Position numbers and translations under genes: made by a program. Below, piece by piece: positions 27,749-36,417 of a stretch of 63,560 nucleotides of DNA. Within the stretch, counting starts at the first letter, position 1; the number at the start of each line of letters is the position of its first letter. The notes beneath the pieces are model-generated. The model was given only the letters and a program-made list of their open reading frames with translations, did no database searches and had not been told where the DNA came from. The DNA lies in IMG/VR virus record IMGVR_UViG_3300000217_000002, positions 1 through 63,560 of that record; one strand, 5' to 3'. The stretch is from a virus.

Positions 27749-28393
27749 ATGGCTAGCACCATTGCCCAAATAACTCCGACCGAAGTTCAAGGGGTTTTCC
27801 GTTATCGCCCCGGGGTCGCACGCGGCCTTATCGACGGGCGCGTGACAGGACGACTGCGCTATAAATCCGGCCCGCCCGTCACCGCAGTGGAACCCAAACC
27901 GGTGTTGATCCGAATCAACACAGCTTCCAACCCCAACGCCTTACTGATCCCGACGGAAGTCGAAGGACGTTTCACCCCGCTCTCGATCCGGGGGCAACGA
28001 GGTGTCGAAGGACCACAAGGCCCACCGGGAAGCGGCTCGTTAAGTCAGTTTGAAAGTGCCGGAGTGTTGGGTTCGTTGCGCGTCGTGGTTGACGGCGGGA
28101 ACGGTTTGGAACACGCCGATGTGATGGACATCGAACACGGCACGCAAATCGTCGGTATAAGTCTCCAGTCCGCAGTTGCGCCGGGAGATTTAGTCGACGT
28201 CCAGCAAATTGGTTCCATCACGAATCAGAGCTTCAACTTCACGCCGGGACAGCCTGTGTACGTCGGCGCGGATGGTGTCCCAACACAGGTACCCCCGTCA
28301 GACCCGAATCGGGCTTGGCAAACCATTATAGGTCATGCTACAGATGCGAACACGTTGTTCATCAATATGCAGGACCCTGTTTTTCTCTGTTAA
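27749..28393 (+). CDS. Fibre-like protein with a short collagen-like segment
   Basis: It has the Gly-X-Y run GQRGVEGPQGPPGSG. The C-terminal ...FNFTPGQPVYVGADGVPTQ...QTIIGHA resembles the C-terminus of the next gene. Confidence 0.55.
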   Translation: MASTIAQITPTEVQGVFRYRPGVARGLIDGRVTGRLRYKSGPPVTAVEPKPVLIRINTASNPNALLIPTEVEGRFTPLSIRGQRGVEGPQGPPGSGSLSQFESAGVLGSLRVVVDGGNGLEHADVMDIEHGTQIVGISLQSAVAPGDLVDVQQIGSITNQSFNFTPGQPVYVGADGVPTQVPPSDPNRAWQTIIGHATDANTLFINMQDPVFLC

Positions 28394-28414
28394 CATCCGA
28401 AGGATCAAAAACCC

Positions 28415-28687
28415 ATGAGTGATTTCATCAACCTCGACGCCAATGGGCGTAAAAAGCAACAGTCCGCGCTGGTCACTTCGTCCGGTGCGCCCGACCAAGA
28501 TCGGATCGTAAAGACCGGAACAGACGGTCGTCTCGACCCCACTCTTTTCCCGCCGGGCATCGGCGACGAGTCGAAAGGCGTCACCGCCTCTGAAGCTCTG
28601 TCGGCTGGACGATTTTGTGAATATCTTCGACGACCCTGCCGACGGGCCTCGGGTTCGCCGGGCAAACGCAACTGCCGCTGGCAGTGA
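28415..28687 (+). CDS. Fibre-like protein, 5' fragment. The frame is lost at the T-run 28613-28616.
   Basis: The sequence ...GRLDPTLFPPGIGDESKGVTASEALSAGRF is followed by an implausible Cys/Arg-rich tail and a stop. The family sequence continues in the +1 frame. Confidence 0.5.
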   Translation: MSDFINLDANGRKKQQSALVTSSGAPDQDRIVKTGTDGRLDPTLFPPGIGDESKGVTASEALSAGRFCEYLRRPCRRASGSPGKRNCRWQ

Positions 28688-28934
28688 AGCGGTCGGTTTC
28701 GTGACGGATAACTTCGCTTCGGGTGAACTTGCCACGATCTTCTTCGAAGGCGAAAACACCTCTTTGACGGGCCTCACTGCTGGACAGACTTTGTTCCTGA
28801 GTGCAGCGACCCCGGGCGGCGTAACGACCACACCTCCAACCGCGGTCGGTAATGTTGTTCAGATCGTTGGCAAAGCCTGCTCGGCCACTTCCGCGATCTT
28901 CAAAGAAGATGACGGTGTTTGCATCGGCGCTTAA
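28617..28934 (+). CDS. Fibre-like protein, 3' fragment (continuation of 28415 in the +1 frame)
   Basis: VNIFDDPADGPRVRRANATAAGSEAVGFV...TGLTAGQTLFLSAATPGGVTTTPP reads on seamlessly from ...SAGRF if one T of tttt is skipped. Confidence 0.5.
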   Translation: MNIFDDPADGPRVRRANATAAGSEAVGFVTDNFASGELATIFFEGENTSLTGLTAGQTLFLSAATPGGVTTTPPTAVGNVVQIVGKACSATSAIFKEDDGVCIGA

Positions 28935-28937
28935 CCC

Positions 28938-29261
28938 ATGGCCAACTTCTTCCCGATAGTTCTAAAACCGGGTGGTAGGAAGGCGGAAATACGACCGCCA
29001 GATCAGATCGACCCTTCAGTGTTGCCTCCCGGTTCGGGGGGTGACCCTGTCGCGGTGAAAGTCGATACTCCGGATGATCTACCGGACCCGCTGGACCCTA
29101 ACGCGGTTTATCATGTGGGGAATCCCAAGTCGATCGTCCAAGTAATCGACGGAGAAACGTGTTACAGCCGCTTGGCGAATACATCAACAGCCGGTATCAT
29201 CACCGGACAGAACAGTTCTGTCTTGGCCGATGAAAATGGCGTAGTGATCTGGAGGTTCTAA
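28938..29261 (+). CDS. Hypothetical protein (fibre module)
   Basis: A 107-aa ORF, tightly packed. Confidence 0.45.
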   Translation: MANFFPIVLKPGGRKAEIRPPDQIDPSVLPPGSGGDPVAVKVDTPDDLPDPLDPNAVYHVGNPKSIVQVIDGETCYSRLANTSTAGIITGQNSSVLADENGVVIWRF

Positions 29262-30439
29262 TGGACCCGTTCTTTCCCCTCCCCGCGCCGCAGTTGGATG
29301 TCGGAACACCGGCGGACCTTCAAAACGTCGTGTCCCTGATGGGTGTCTTGCCTATAAGTGCAGTCAACCCCGCGGGGCGACTCTTGCTATTCGATCTCCA
29401 AGATGTGATTGACGAGTTCGGTGTCCCCGGACCGGCGGGCATTTCGGTTACGGGTGTGACGACCGTCTTGAACGGCGACTTTACCACGACAGTATCTTGG
29501 CAACGGGATCAGGGGGCTGCGGACATCGCCTTCACCCTACCCGACCTCCGAGGAACCGACGGAACGAATGGCACCAACGGGACCAACGGCGTGGACGGTC
29601 TCTCCATTACCGGGGTGACTTCTTTCGACAACGGTGACGGCACCCTGACTGTTAGTTTCCAACGAGACCAAGGGGCCGCCGATTTGATCTTCGTCACTCC
29701 AGACCTCCGAGGTACGGACGGGCTGGACGGAATAGACGGCACGGACGGCGATGATGGCATTTCCATAACAGGACTGAACGTCACAGACAATTCCGATGGG
29801 ACTTTGACGTTCAACTGGCAGCGAGATCAGGCCGCCCCGGACATCGTATTCACGACTCCCGATCTCACTGGCCCACAGGGTGTCTCGGTGACTGGTGTCG
29901 ATGTCAACGTCACCGCCAGCGATTTGTTGGAGTTTGTGTTTGCTCTATCTAGCGGCAGCACGATTTCTGATTCTATCCCACTTGTGGCCCTCCTTCCTAT
30001 GTTGGATTTCAAACATGTCACGGACACCTCCGCGTTCGTCACCGTAACAGACGATACGTTCCTAACTGCGGTCACTTTGACTGAAACTTTCGCAGGAGGA
30101 CTTTACGCTATTTTTTATGACGGCAATGGCGCTATCGACTCCACGGGTGCAGACTTACGAACGCGGCTCCAACTTGACGATGCAGATTTGGTAAACGATC
30201 TTGGCTCGGGAGGCGACGGCGGAGGCGTCTTCAACCCTGTTCGAAAAGAAGGGAAAGACAGCGGCGGAGTTTCTTTAGACGGATCGGGTACGGACCAAGT
30301 CTTGCCCGCGGGTCGTCTTGGAGTTGTTCGACTAACCCCCGGGTCGCACACCTTTACTTTTCAAATCACCCCGTCTGTGGGGGGAGTAGAGGCCACTGAA
30401 TATGACGGCCTGATTATGGCCATGAGGGTTGCACCATGA
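29261..30439 (+). CDS. Tail fibre protein with collagen-like tracts in three tandem ~50-aa repeats
   Basis: WQRDQGAADIAFTLPDLRGTDGTNGTNGTNGVDGLSITGV is repeated three times with variation (about 29480-29900). Confidence 0.65.
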   Translation: MDPFFPLPAPQLDVGTPADLQNVVSLMGVLPISAVNPAGRLLLFDLQDVIDEFGVPGPAGISVTGVTTVLNGDFTTTVSWQRDQGAADIAFTLPDLRGTDGTNGTNGTNGVDGLSITGVTSFDNGDGTLTVSFQRDQGAADLIFVTPDLRGTDGLDGIDGTDGDDGISITGLNVTDNSDGTLTFNWQRDQAAPDIVFTTPDLTGPQGVSVTGVDVNVTASDLLEFVFALSSGSTISDSIPLVALLPMLDFKHVTDTSAFVTVTDDTFLTAVTLTETFAGGLYAIFYDGNGAIDSTGADLRTRLQLDDADLVNDLGSGGDGGGVFNPVRKEGKDSGGVSLDGSGTDQVLPAGRLGVVRLTPGSHTFTFQITPSVGGVEATEYDGLIMAMRVAP

Positions 30440-31275
30440 TTGAATTAGAAATCACCACTAACTTACGTCCTTCCGACGTTTTCGCCGCTGCCTCTGAAGT
30501 TGCCGAGACAGGACTAATCGCAGCTATCTCCCGATCCGGTGTTCCTTATTTGGTTTTACAAGATGGGACAGAACCGCAGCCATTCTTGACGGCGATCGAG
30601 GTTTACGAAACAGCGGGACGGAGTGTGGAAGATAAGCGTCCGAAAATCTATCGGTACACAGACAATGCAATCGGAGCTTTGCCGCATAAAGATATTAACT
30701 TCAAAACCCAACTCGACCGACGGCTCCACCCGAGCTACGAATTTCGGAATGGTGTGTTGTTAAAAACATTCTACTACGCGGAAGCTGTGACGGACCCCTT
30801 TACGTTGCAGCAAACTTTTTCTGACTTAGTTGTCCGAGTCGACGATGTCTACGCCCGGCAAGGCGGACCGGATAACGACATCAGCTTCGCTTATGGCCGT
30901 ACCAAAACGATCACTTGGATTAACGAAGACGATACCGACAATAACGATCCGAAAATTAAACAAAAAGGTTACAACGACCGGACTGCTCAGGAGGAGCAAG
31001 CTCGCCGAAGGGCAAACGTCATATCGAATCTCGAAAGCGCCCTCGCAAAAATCTTGATCGGGGGCCTTCAAGTTCCTAATGCCATTGAAGAAGCACGCAG
31101 CATCCGATCTGAACTGACCCTAGTTGTGGCAGAATTTCTGTCTTCGGGTGATACAGTTCCGGTCCATTCTGCGGTGGCTGCGGACAGCACCCGCCCATGG
31201 CTTGATTTGTCGGGTTTTCTGCCCTTTGCACCCACACTCACCGTTCGGCAATTCATTATAGGGAGTATTGTATAA
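30436..31275 (+). CDS. Hypothetical protein (fibre module)
   Basis: A 279-aa ORF coupled by ATGA. Confidence 0.5.
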   Translation: MIELEITTNLRPSDVFAAASEVAETGLIAAISRSGVPYLVLQDGTEPQPFLTAIEVYETAGRSVEDKRPKIYRYTDNAIGALPHKDINFKTQLDRRLHPSYEFRNGVLLKTFYYAEAVTDPFTLQQTFSDLVVRVDDVYARQGGPDNDISFAYGRTKTITWINEDDTDNNDPKIKQKGYNDRTAQEEQARRRANVISNLESALAKILIGGLQVPNAIEEARSIRSELTLVVAEFLSSGDTVPVHSAVAADSTRPWLDLSGFLPFAPTLTVRQFIIGSIV

Positions 31276-31712
31276 TGCTTACTCAACCGCTTGCAGTAGA
31301 GTTTCTTGGCGAAACGTCCAAAGGTCTTCCTCTGGTCAAGCCTCTGCGCATCCTGCGCTTCCGGGTTAAGAACAAACACGGAGAGTTTGTGGATATTGAA
31401 ATCCAACCGCTTTGCGATCCAACCAACCCGGAAGACCCGGGATTTGCCACGGATTTCGCGTCTATCCCCCGACTTCTACGTGGATTCGTCAATCCTTGGC
31501 ACGTCAGAGCCCTTCTGGCTGCGATTCTACACGACTACCTACTGTCGCACCCCCGGGAGGATTTCGACCGTCTGGCGATCGACAACGCGTTCAGGCGCGA
31601 GATGAGGCTCGCGGGGATGAACTCCATCGCGCGGGAGATACGTTACTTAGGTGTCCGGATAGGTTCCGGTCGGGCATATCGGGAAGCTCGGGCGAATCAA
31701 GTACCAGCTTGA
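31275..31712 (+). CDS. DUF1353-like protein
   Basis: The motif GFATDFASIPRLLRGF is characteristic of DUF1353 as I recall it. TAATG coupling. Confidence 0.55.
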   Translation: MLTQPLAVEFLGETSKGLPLVKPLRILRFRVKNKHGEFVDIEIQPLCDPTNPEDPGFATDFASIPRLLRGFVNPWHVRALLAAILHDYLLSHPREDFDRLAIDNAFRREMRLAGMNSIAREIRYLGVRIGSGRAYREARANQVPA

Positions 31713-31995
31713 CCACTCTGAGAACATAAATTAACACGGCGTCATTAGCGTCAATCTGAGCGTCCCATTTTTTCACTCCGTGCATCGCGGTATGGTGGGT
31801 CTTGAAACCCATGGTTTGGGCGATAGCAGGCCAAGATCGCCGCGCCGGTCGTCCCGCATGGCGCATAAACCACATAGCGGTAAACCGGCAATGGGCGATG
31901 CGTTGCAAGCGACTGGAAGATTCGAACTCTTTCTTGGTGACACCGTACACCCGTTGGCAGGCGCGTTTGATATCTTTTGACGTATAAGTTTTCAT
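31591..31995 (-). CDS. DnaA domain IV-like DNA-binding protein
   Basis: SSRLQRIAHCRFTAMWFMRHAGRPARRSWPAIAQTMGFKTHHTAMHGVKK parallels the DnaA C-terminus ([40 protein letters not shown]). Its 3' end overlaps 31275-31712 convergently by 122 nt. Confidence 0.55.
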   Translation of the reverse strand: MKTYTSKDIKRACQRVYGVTKKEFESSSRLQRIAHCRFTAMWFMRHAGRPARRSWPAIAQTMGFKTHHTAMHGVKKWDAQIDANDAVLIYVLRVVKLVLDSPELPDMPDRNLSGHLSNVSPARWSSSPRASSRA

Positions 31996-32005
31996 AAATA
32001 TACCC

Positions 32006-32081
32006 TATTCGGTATCAAAAACCCCCGGTCCGGGGGACATCGGACCGGGGGCAAGACGACAGTTGGGAGGGGGAGGGTGTG
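32006..32081 (-). terminator. Rho-independent terminator (two tandem hairpins plus a U-run) ending the leftward early operon
   Basis: On the minus strand, agacgacagt/actgtcgtct (10 bp) is followed by cccccggtccg/cggaccggggg (11 bp) and then ttttt. Confidence 0.6.
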
Positions 32082-32097
32082 ACTGTCGTCTGTCTGG

Positions 32098-32706
32098 TTA
32101 AACGTCGCCGTAATCGCGGCGGACTTCGAACCCTACACTCTGCAAGACATGGGCCAAATTGTATGTCAGTGTTGATAAGTCACCGTCGTTCCTTAATTCC
32201 CGGACAGGGATTTGATCGGAGTCGATGTAGGACCGGCTGTCACCCGTGAAATCATGGTCTGTGCGGTGCATACGGACCAAACTGACGTTATCACTTCCGA
32301 ACCGGTCAATAAGCACTTGGGCTTCTTCAATGAAACCGGAGTCGCTTATACATACGATAGGCATGTGGCTCTGGGCAATTCGATCGGCGGTCAGCCTACC
32401 GAAGATATCGTTGCCGAACCGGGGCTTCATCACTTCTTCAGAATACCAAATGTAGGTGTCTCTCGGACTGAACCCACCGAATTCAGGTAATGGTTCGTTC
32501 TTCCGTTCTTCGAAATGGTCGTGGGCCAACGGCGCGCCGTGAGCGTTCACCAAACCGAGCATGGCATGGCAACCTTCTTTCACGGTCTTGGCAAACTTTT
32601 CAATCTGCACGTTTGGGGTTGTGACGAGATCGCCTACACGCTCGGCGGCGGTGTCTTTACCCGATCCCGGCGGTCCGTTGAACAGTATGATTTTCTTCTT
32701 TTTCAT
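32098..32706 (-). CDS. Deoxynucleoside monophosphate kinase-like P-loop protein
   Basis: MKKKKIILFNGPPGSGKDTAAE is a P-loop resembling T4 gp1-type dNMP kinases. I prefer the ATG at 32706. Confidence 0.55.
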   Translation of the reverse strand: MKKKKIILFNGPPGSGKDTAAERVGDLVTTPNVQIEKFAKTVKEGCHAMLGLVNAHGAPLAHDHFEERKNEPLPEFGGFSPRDTYIWYSEEVMKPRFGNDIFGRLTADRIAQSHMPIVCISDSGFIEEAQVLIDRFGSDNVSLVRMHRTDHDFTGDSRSYIDSDQIPVRELRNDGDLSTLTYNLAHVLQSVGFEVRRDYGDV

Positions 32707-33134
32707 TAGTGCATTCCGCCGTAATCGGATTGTTCTCTTGCAAGTTCCTGTTTGAACTCTTTCAAGCATCGTTGAGTGGTGCCGATCGACACCGCGGTTA
32801 TCAAAGCCCAGCCGATGGCTAACCACGACTGTTCTATGTAGAACATCCCGAGGATAGGCGCTATGTTCAACACGCCCCGGATCGCGAGGGTCTTGGGGCC
32901 GTGCTGTAACAGAGCCTCACCGACCAAAAAGGCGGCCTCGTCGGATTGCCGTGTCATTTTTTCAGCGACAGCGGTGGTCACAGCCAAGACGCCCAGCCAA
33001 ACCCACATGCAAACGATGAGAAAACCGTCAACCCATGGCCGGGTAAAGGGTATAGCCACGAGTGCGATGGCCAGCATCAATAAACCCCATTGGATCACCC
33101 ACGACTGTCTTGCTTTGGACAACGAACGTCTCAT
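32706..33134 (-). CDS. Multi-pass membrane protein
   Basis: There are about four hydrophobic segments (WGLLMLAIALVAIPF, FLIVCMWVWLGVLAVTTAV, ...). ATGA coupling at both ends. Confidence 0.5.
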   Translation of the reverse strand: MRRSLSKARQSWVIQWGLLMLAIALVAIPFTRPWVDGFLIVCMWVWLGVLAVTTAVAEKMTRQSDEAAFLVGEALLQHGPKTLAIRGVLNIAPILGMFYIEQSWLAIGWALITAVSIGTTQRCLKEFKQELAREQSDYGGMH

Positions 33135-33415
33135 TGGACTGCCCACCCAACCATGCCCCCGATGAACGTACAAACGAACACCAGAGCGACGACCCATGGA
33201 AACGGCACGCCATCGTCCTTATCAGCTTCTAGGAAGTCCTTGAGTTCCTTCTCATTAAGGGCTTGCGCTATCTGTCGAGCGAAGGCTAGTTTAGCATCCG
33301 GGGTCGGGAGGGAGTCGCATTTCGGCGCTCGGTTCAAGGTCACTGTAGGACGACCCCCCAGTGTCAGAATCAAGTGACCCTGTTTGTTCTTGTCAATGCT
33401 CCAAATTCTCTGCAT
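33131..33415 (-). CDS. Hypothetical protein with a C-terminal TM anchor
   Basis: A 94-aa ORF with the C-terminus PFPWVVALVFVCTFIGGMVGWAV. Confidence 0.45.
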   Translation of the reverse strand: MQRIWSIDKNKQGHLILTLGGRPTVTLNRAPKCDSLPTPDAKLAFARQIAQALNEKELKDFLEADKDDGVPFPWVVALVFVCTFIGGMVGWAVQ

Positions 33416-33428
33416 GGTGCTGCTCCCT

Positions 33429-34076
33429 TCAATTCACTTTGCGTGCGCTGCCGCCCGCCCCGGCGAGACCGCCGTATCCTGCGGACATCAAAGCTTGCGA
33501 CATCATCTCGTCGGCCATCACGACTGTTTCTAGCAGCTTGCCGACCCACTCGGGAGACATGGCCCCTTCGCCGTCCCCGAGGGTCTTGGCGATGTGCTCG
33601 ATTGACTCGAAGGTCAAACTTTCGACCAATGGGTTTTCGTACCCTTGTTGAGTGCTGACGATCAAACAGACGCCCCGGGTCGGTTCAGCGAATGCTGATA
33701 TACCATAGGGCTGTTCGTTGATCCCGACTCGGTCAGTCATTTCTTGGACGAGCGCGCGACCTTTGAGCGTGGTCAATTCCCGGTGGCGTTTGATCGCGGT
33801 AATTGCTTCCGCCCGGGTCTTATGCTCACCCAGTCCACCGATGTTTTCAATGAACGGGTAATAACGGCCTTTGTCTTCGGCACGAGTGGCCCTACGGGCG
33901 GTGAACCGCTTATCCACGGCCTTGCCTTTGGCGCTGTGAGGACGTTCGCTGGTGACGAAGTAGCCGCCCTTCAAACAACCGGTCTCAACGACCGAACCCA
34001 TGTGGTCCATCGCGTCATCCGCAAAGAACTTCGGGTTGTGTTTTTTGATCTTTGCCATGGATTGGTATTTAATCAT
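33429..34076 (-). CDS. Hypothetical protein
   Basis: A 215-aa ORF overlapping the MazG stop. No motif recognised. Confidence 0.5.
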   Translation of the reverse strand: MIKYQSMAKIKKHNPKFFADDAMDHMGSVVETGCLKGGYFVTSERPHSAKGKAVDKRFTARRATRAEDKGRYYPFIENIGGLGEHKTRAEAITAIKRHRELTTLKGRALVQEMTDRVGINEQPYGISAFAEPTRGVCLIVSTQQGYENPLVESLTFESIEHIAKTLGDGEGAMSPEWVGKLLETVVMADEMMSQALMSAGYGGLAGAGGSARKVN

Positions 34077-34713
34077 CGCTACCCGCCTTGGCCGCCGCTC
34101 CGTAGAGCCCGCCTTCTTCGTCCATCAGTCTTTGACCTGCTTCAATTCCTTCTTTGGTGTACGGAGCACCCAGAGCCGGATTGACGGTCACCCGTTCAAG
34201 GACTTCACGCTCGGCTTCGACGTCACGGTTGATTGCAGCGTCGCCTGTGAATTTATCAGGGAACCGCTTCTTCAGCTTAGCCATATTGATCCGCATAAGT
34301 TCTTCGAACGTGATGTCCAGTTCTTTGCAGATCAGCGCCATGTACCAGAGCAGGTCGCCGAGTTCTTCCTTGAGGTTGACCACATCAAACGGCTGCTTGT
34401 CGGCTTCCACGAGGATTTCAGCGATCTCGGATGACTCCGTGATTATACCCAAGAGCCCGTGCAACACGTCTTCTGGCAGAGCCTTGGTGATTGGGTCCAA
34501 CCGGTGGTCCATGTACTTGGGTGCCACCTGACTTTCGGGCCATTGATTGTGATCGAGTTTTTTGCCGTACGCCAGCGCTTTTTTAGCCCGATCCAACCGT
34601 TCTCCGGCGTCGATGGTGTCCTTCAAAGCCTGCGTCCATCCGATCAACGAAACTTGTTGCGGGTGGAGCCGTGGCGGTTTGAGGGTTTGTACGAAGTCAA
34701 TGAATTCACGCAT
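34069..34713 (-). CDS. MazG-like nucleotide pyrophosphohydrolase
   Basis: It carries the MazG signature EELGDLLWYMALICKELDITFEELMRINMAKLKKRF. Confidence 0.75.
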   Translation of the reverse strand: MREFIDFVQTLKPPRLHPQQVSLIGWTQALKDTIDAGERLDRAKKALAYGKKLDHNQWPESQVAPKYMDHRLDPITKALPEDVLHGLLGIITESSEIAEILVEADKQPFDVVNLKEELGDLLWYMALICKELDITFEELMRINMAKLKKRFPDKFTGDAAINRDVEAEREVLERVTVNPALGAPYTKEGIEAGQRLMDEEGGLYGAAAKAGSDD

Positions 34714-34765
34714 GATTGTTTCTTTCTTAAACAGTTATTCTGGTTCTTGCAAGTTCTTGGCCAAA

Positions 34766-35131
34766 CTATCGTCGTTTACTCTCCGGGGTGCTGCATTTTT
34801 TGACGCAGTTTTCACAGGTGAGTTCCAAGCGGTGCATTGAAATAGTCACTGACTTCTGGCCCAAGGCTTGCGTCTGGAACCAATTACCTGTGAGACCTTG
34901 TTTGACCATCTTACCGCACGCAGTGGTGCCGTCGCCATGCCAGACATCTCCCGGGGAGAGATAATGTACGAGATCAGCCACGTCGTATATCCGAATCACG
35001 TAGGCTCTGGTAATACCACGTATGTAGGAAACCAAGCGGGGCGCGTTTGACCCCGCCCATGGTCCAGAGCCACAGAGCACGCCCGCTACGACCATTACAA
35101 TCAGTGAACGGATGAAGCGTTTCGTACTCAT
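34766..35131 (-). CDS. Doubtful ORF (possible small lipoprotein or zinc-ribbon peptide)
   Basis: It fills the 260-nt gap between the Fic and MazG genes but overlaps the Fic 3' end by 158 nt. N-terminus MSTKRFIRSLIVMVVAGVLCG. No clear RBS. Confidence 0.2.
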   Translation of the reverse strand: MSTKRFIRSLIVMVVAGVLCGSGPWAGSNAPRLVSYIRGITRAYVIRIYDVADLVHYLSPGDVWHGDGTTACGKMVKQGLTGNWFQTQALGQKSVTISMHRLELTCENCVKKCSTPESKRR

Positions 35132-35474
35132 GATGAAGTTTGTACGCCTGATCTCCCGGATAAACTTGATGCCGGATTTCGTTTGCAATCACAAGAAGGT
35201 CTAGGAGCCTATCTCGAACTTTTGGTCCGCCGGGGGTCGGGAAGTGGTTGCCAACTCTAACATCCAAACCGGGTCGCTCGCGCAATTGCGCATCGGGTTG
35301 AAGCCCTGCCACCAATAACTGCAACTGGCCTATGTGCATCTCGCCCGGGCCGGTTGCCAGAAATTTATCCCACGCCGCTACGTGGTCTTCGGTTGTTACT
35401 GACACGCGTTCGATGATGTTGCTTTCAACGACAAAGTCGCTGAGATCATAATCCTTGAATATGTGGCGTTTCAT
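34974..35474 (-). CDS. Fic/Doc family protein
   Basis: The core motif HPFTDCNGRSGRAL is close to the Fic signature HPFx[DE]GNGRxxR, but with Cys in place of the conserved Gly. 166 aa. Confidence 0.7.
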   Translation of the reverse strand: MKRHIFKDYDLSDFVVESNIIERVSVTTEDHVAAWDKFLATGPGEMHIGQLQLLVAGLQPDAQLRERPGLDVRVGNHFPTPGGPKVRDRLLDLLVIANEIRHQVYPGDQAYKLHHEYETLHPFTDCNGRSGRALWLWTMGGVKRAPLGFLHTWYYQSLRDSDIRRG

Positions 35475-35483
35475 AGGTCTCTC

Positions 35484-35915
35484 CTAATATTTGAAATAGA
35501 TTCCTTCAGGGGAAGTATCGAGCGGCGGGTGGGCTCCAGAATCCGTGAACCAATGTACTTTGTGTTTGCGCAGGGCGTGCAACATGTTTCGCGGGGCAGC
35601 CCACTCCTCTTCATAGCGGGGATAGGTCTTCTTCATATAATCGCTAAACTGTTGACGGTGTTCAGCACAAGTGAAGCCCCATAGCAAGAGCTTTTCGATC
35701 TTCACGCAAGCGACTTTGAAACCCAACGCCAGTTCGATTTTACGAGGATCGACTTTCTCCACGGATATCTGAATCACCGCGTGGGTGGTTCCATCGCTGA
35801 TACTGTTCTTACACATGCGCGACCAACAGCTTTGCTGGAGACGGGCAAACGGGCCGCCGTAGCGCATCTTGTGCCGTTCCCCAGAACTGGGCGGGAGGGG
35901 TTGTTTGGTAATCAA
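35484..35915 (-). CDS. Hypothetical protein
   Basis: A 143-aa ORF in the leftward operon. Confidence 0.5.
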   Translation of the reverse strand: MITKQPLPPSSGERHKMRYGGPFARLQQSCWSRMCKNSISDGTTHAVIQISVEKVDPRKIELALGFKVACVKIEKLLLWGFTCAEHRQQFSDYMKKTYPRYEEEWAAPRNMLHALRKHKVHWFTDSGAHPPLDTSPEGIYFKY

Positions 35916-35917
35916 TG

Positions 35918-36145
35918 CTAAATCTCCACGCCAATGTCGTAGGCAAAGTGAGTCAGGATTTCTTTGAAAGCAATCCTTTCATCTTTAGTTTTCAAAGTGT
36001 GATAAACGGTACGACAAAGCCCTATTGATGAGTACATCATAACCGTCGAAGACACCGCGCCGTTGGACTCCAATTCGCCGTTGATTGTGTCTGATAACTT
36101 GGCGACAATCTGGTCACCACGTTTGAGTTCTTCTCGTGATATCAT
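35918..36145 (-). CDS. Hypothetical protein
   Basis: A 75-aa ORF, coupled to its neighbours. Confidence 0.45.
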   Translation of the reverse strand: MISREELKRGDQIVAKLSDTINGELESNGAVSSTVMMYSSIGLCRTVYHTLKTKDERIAFKEILTHFAYDIGVEI

Positions 36146-36417
36146 TCTTTTTCCTCCGTGAGCGGCGTTCTCGCCAACCCGTATGTCTTTGCCACATGCG
36201 CAGCGTCACTCTGTTTGCCCCTAATGCCGTGGACCCGCATCATCGTATGCAAGAGACACTGTTCCACTGCTCGTTCGGTCTTTACGATCTCTGCACGATC
36301 TATGCCATCAGGGTTCTCTGCGGTGACCGTCAGAGGGAATTCGACAAAGTTTGTCTCGGACACGAATAGGCGAACAGTCCGTCCAACAGTGTAGCTGGTG
36401 ATCTTCGTCTCTGCCAT
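36142..36417 (-). CDS. Hypothetical protein
   Basis: The ATG at 36417 forms a TGATG overlap with the upstream stop. Confidence 0.45.
   Translation of the reverse strand: MAETKITSYTVGRTVRLFVSETNFVEFPLTVTAENPDGIDRAEIVKTERAVEQCLLHTMMRVHGIRGKQSDAAHVAKTYGLARTPLTEEKE

Noticed and set aside
33910-33918. TTATCCACG as a DnaA box marking an origin
   Set aside because: It is a single 8/9 match inside a coding region, and I noticed no clustering of boxes.
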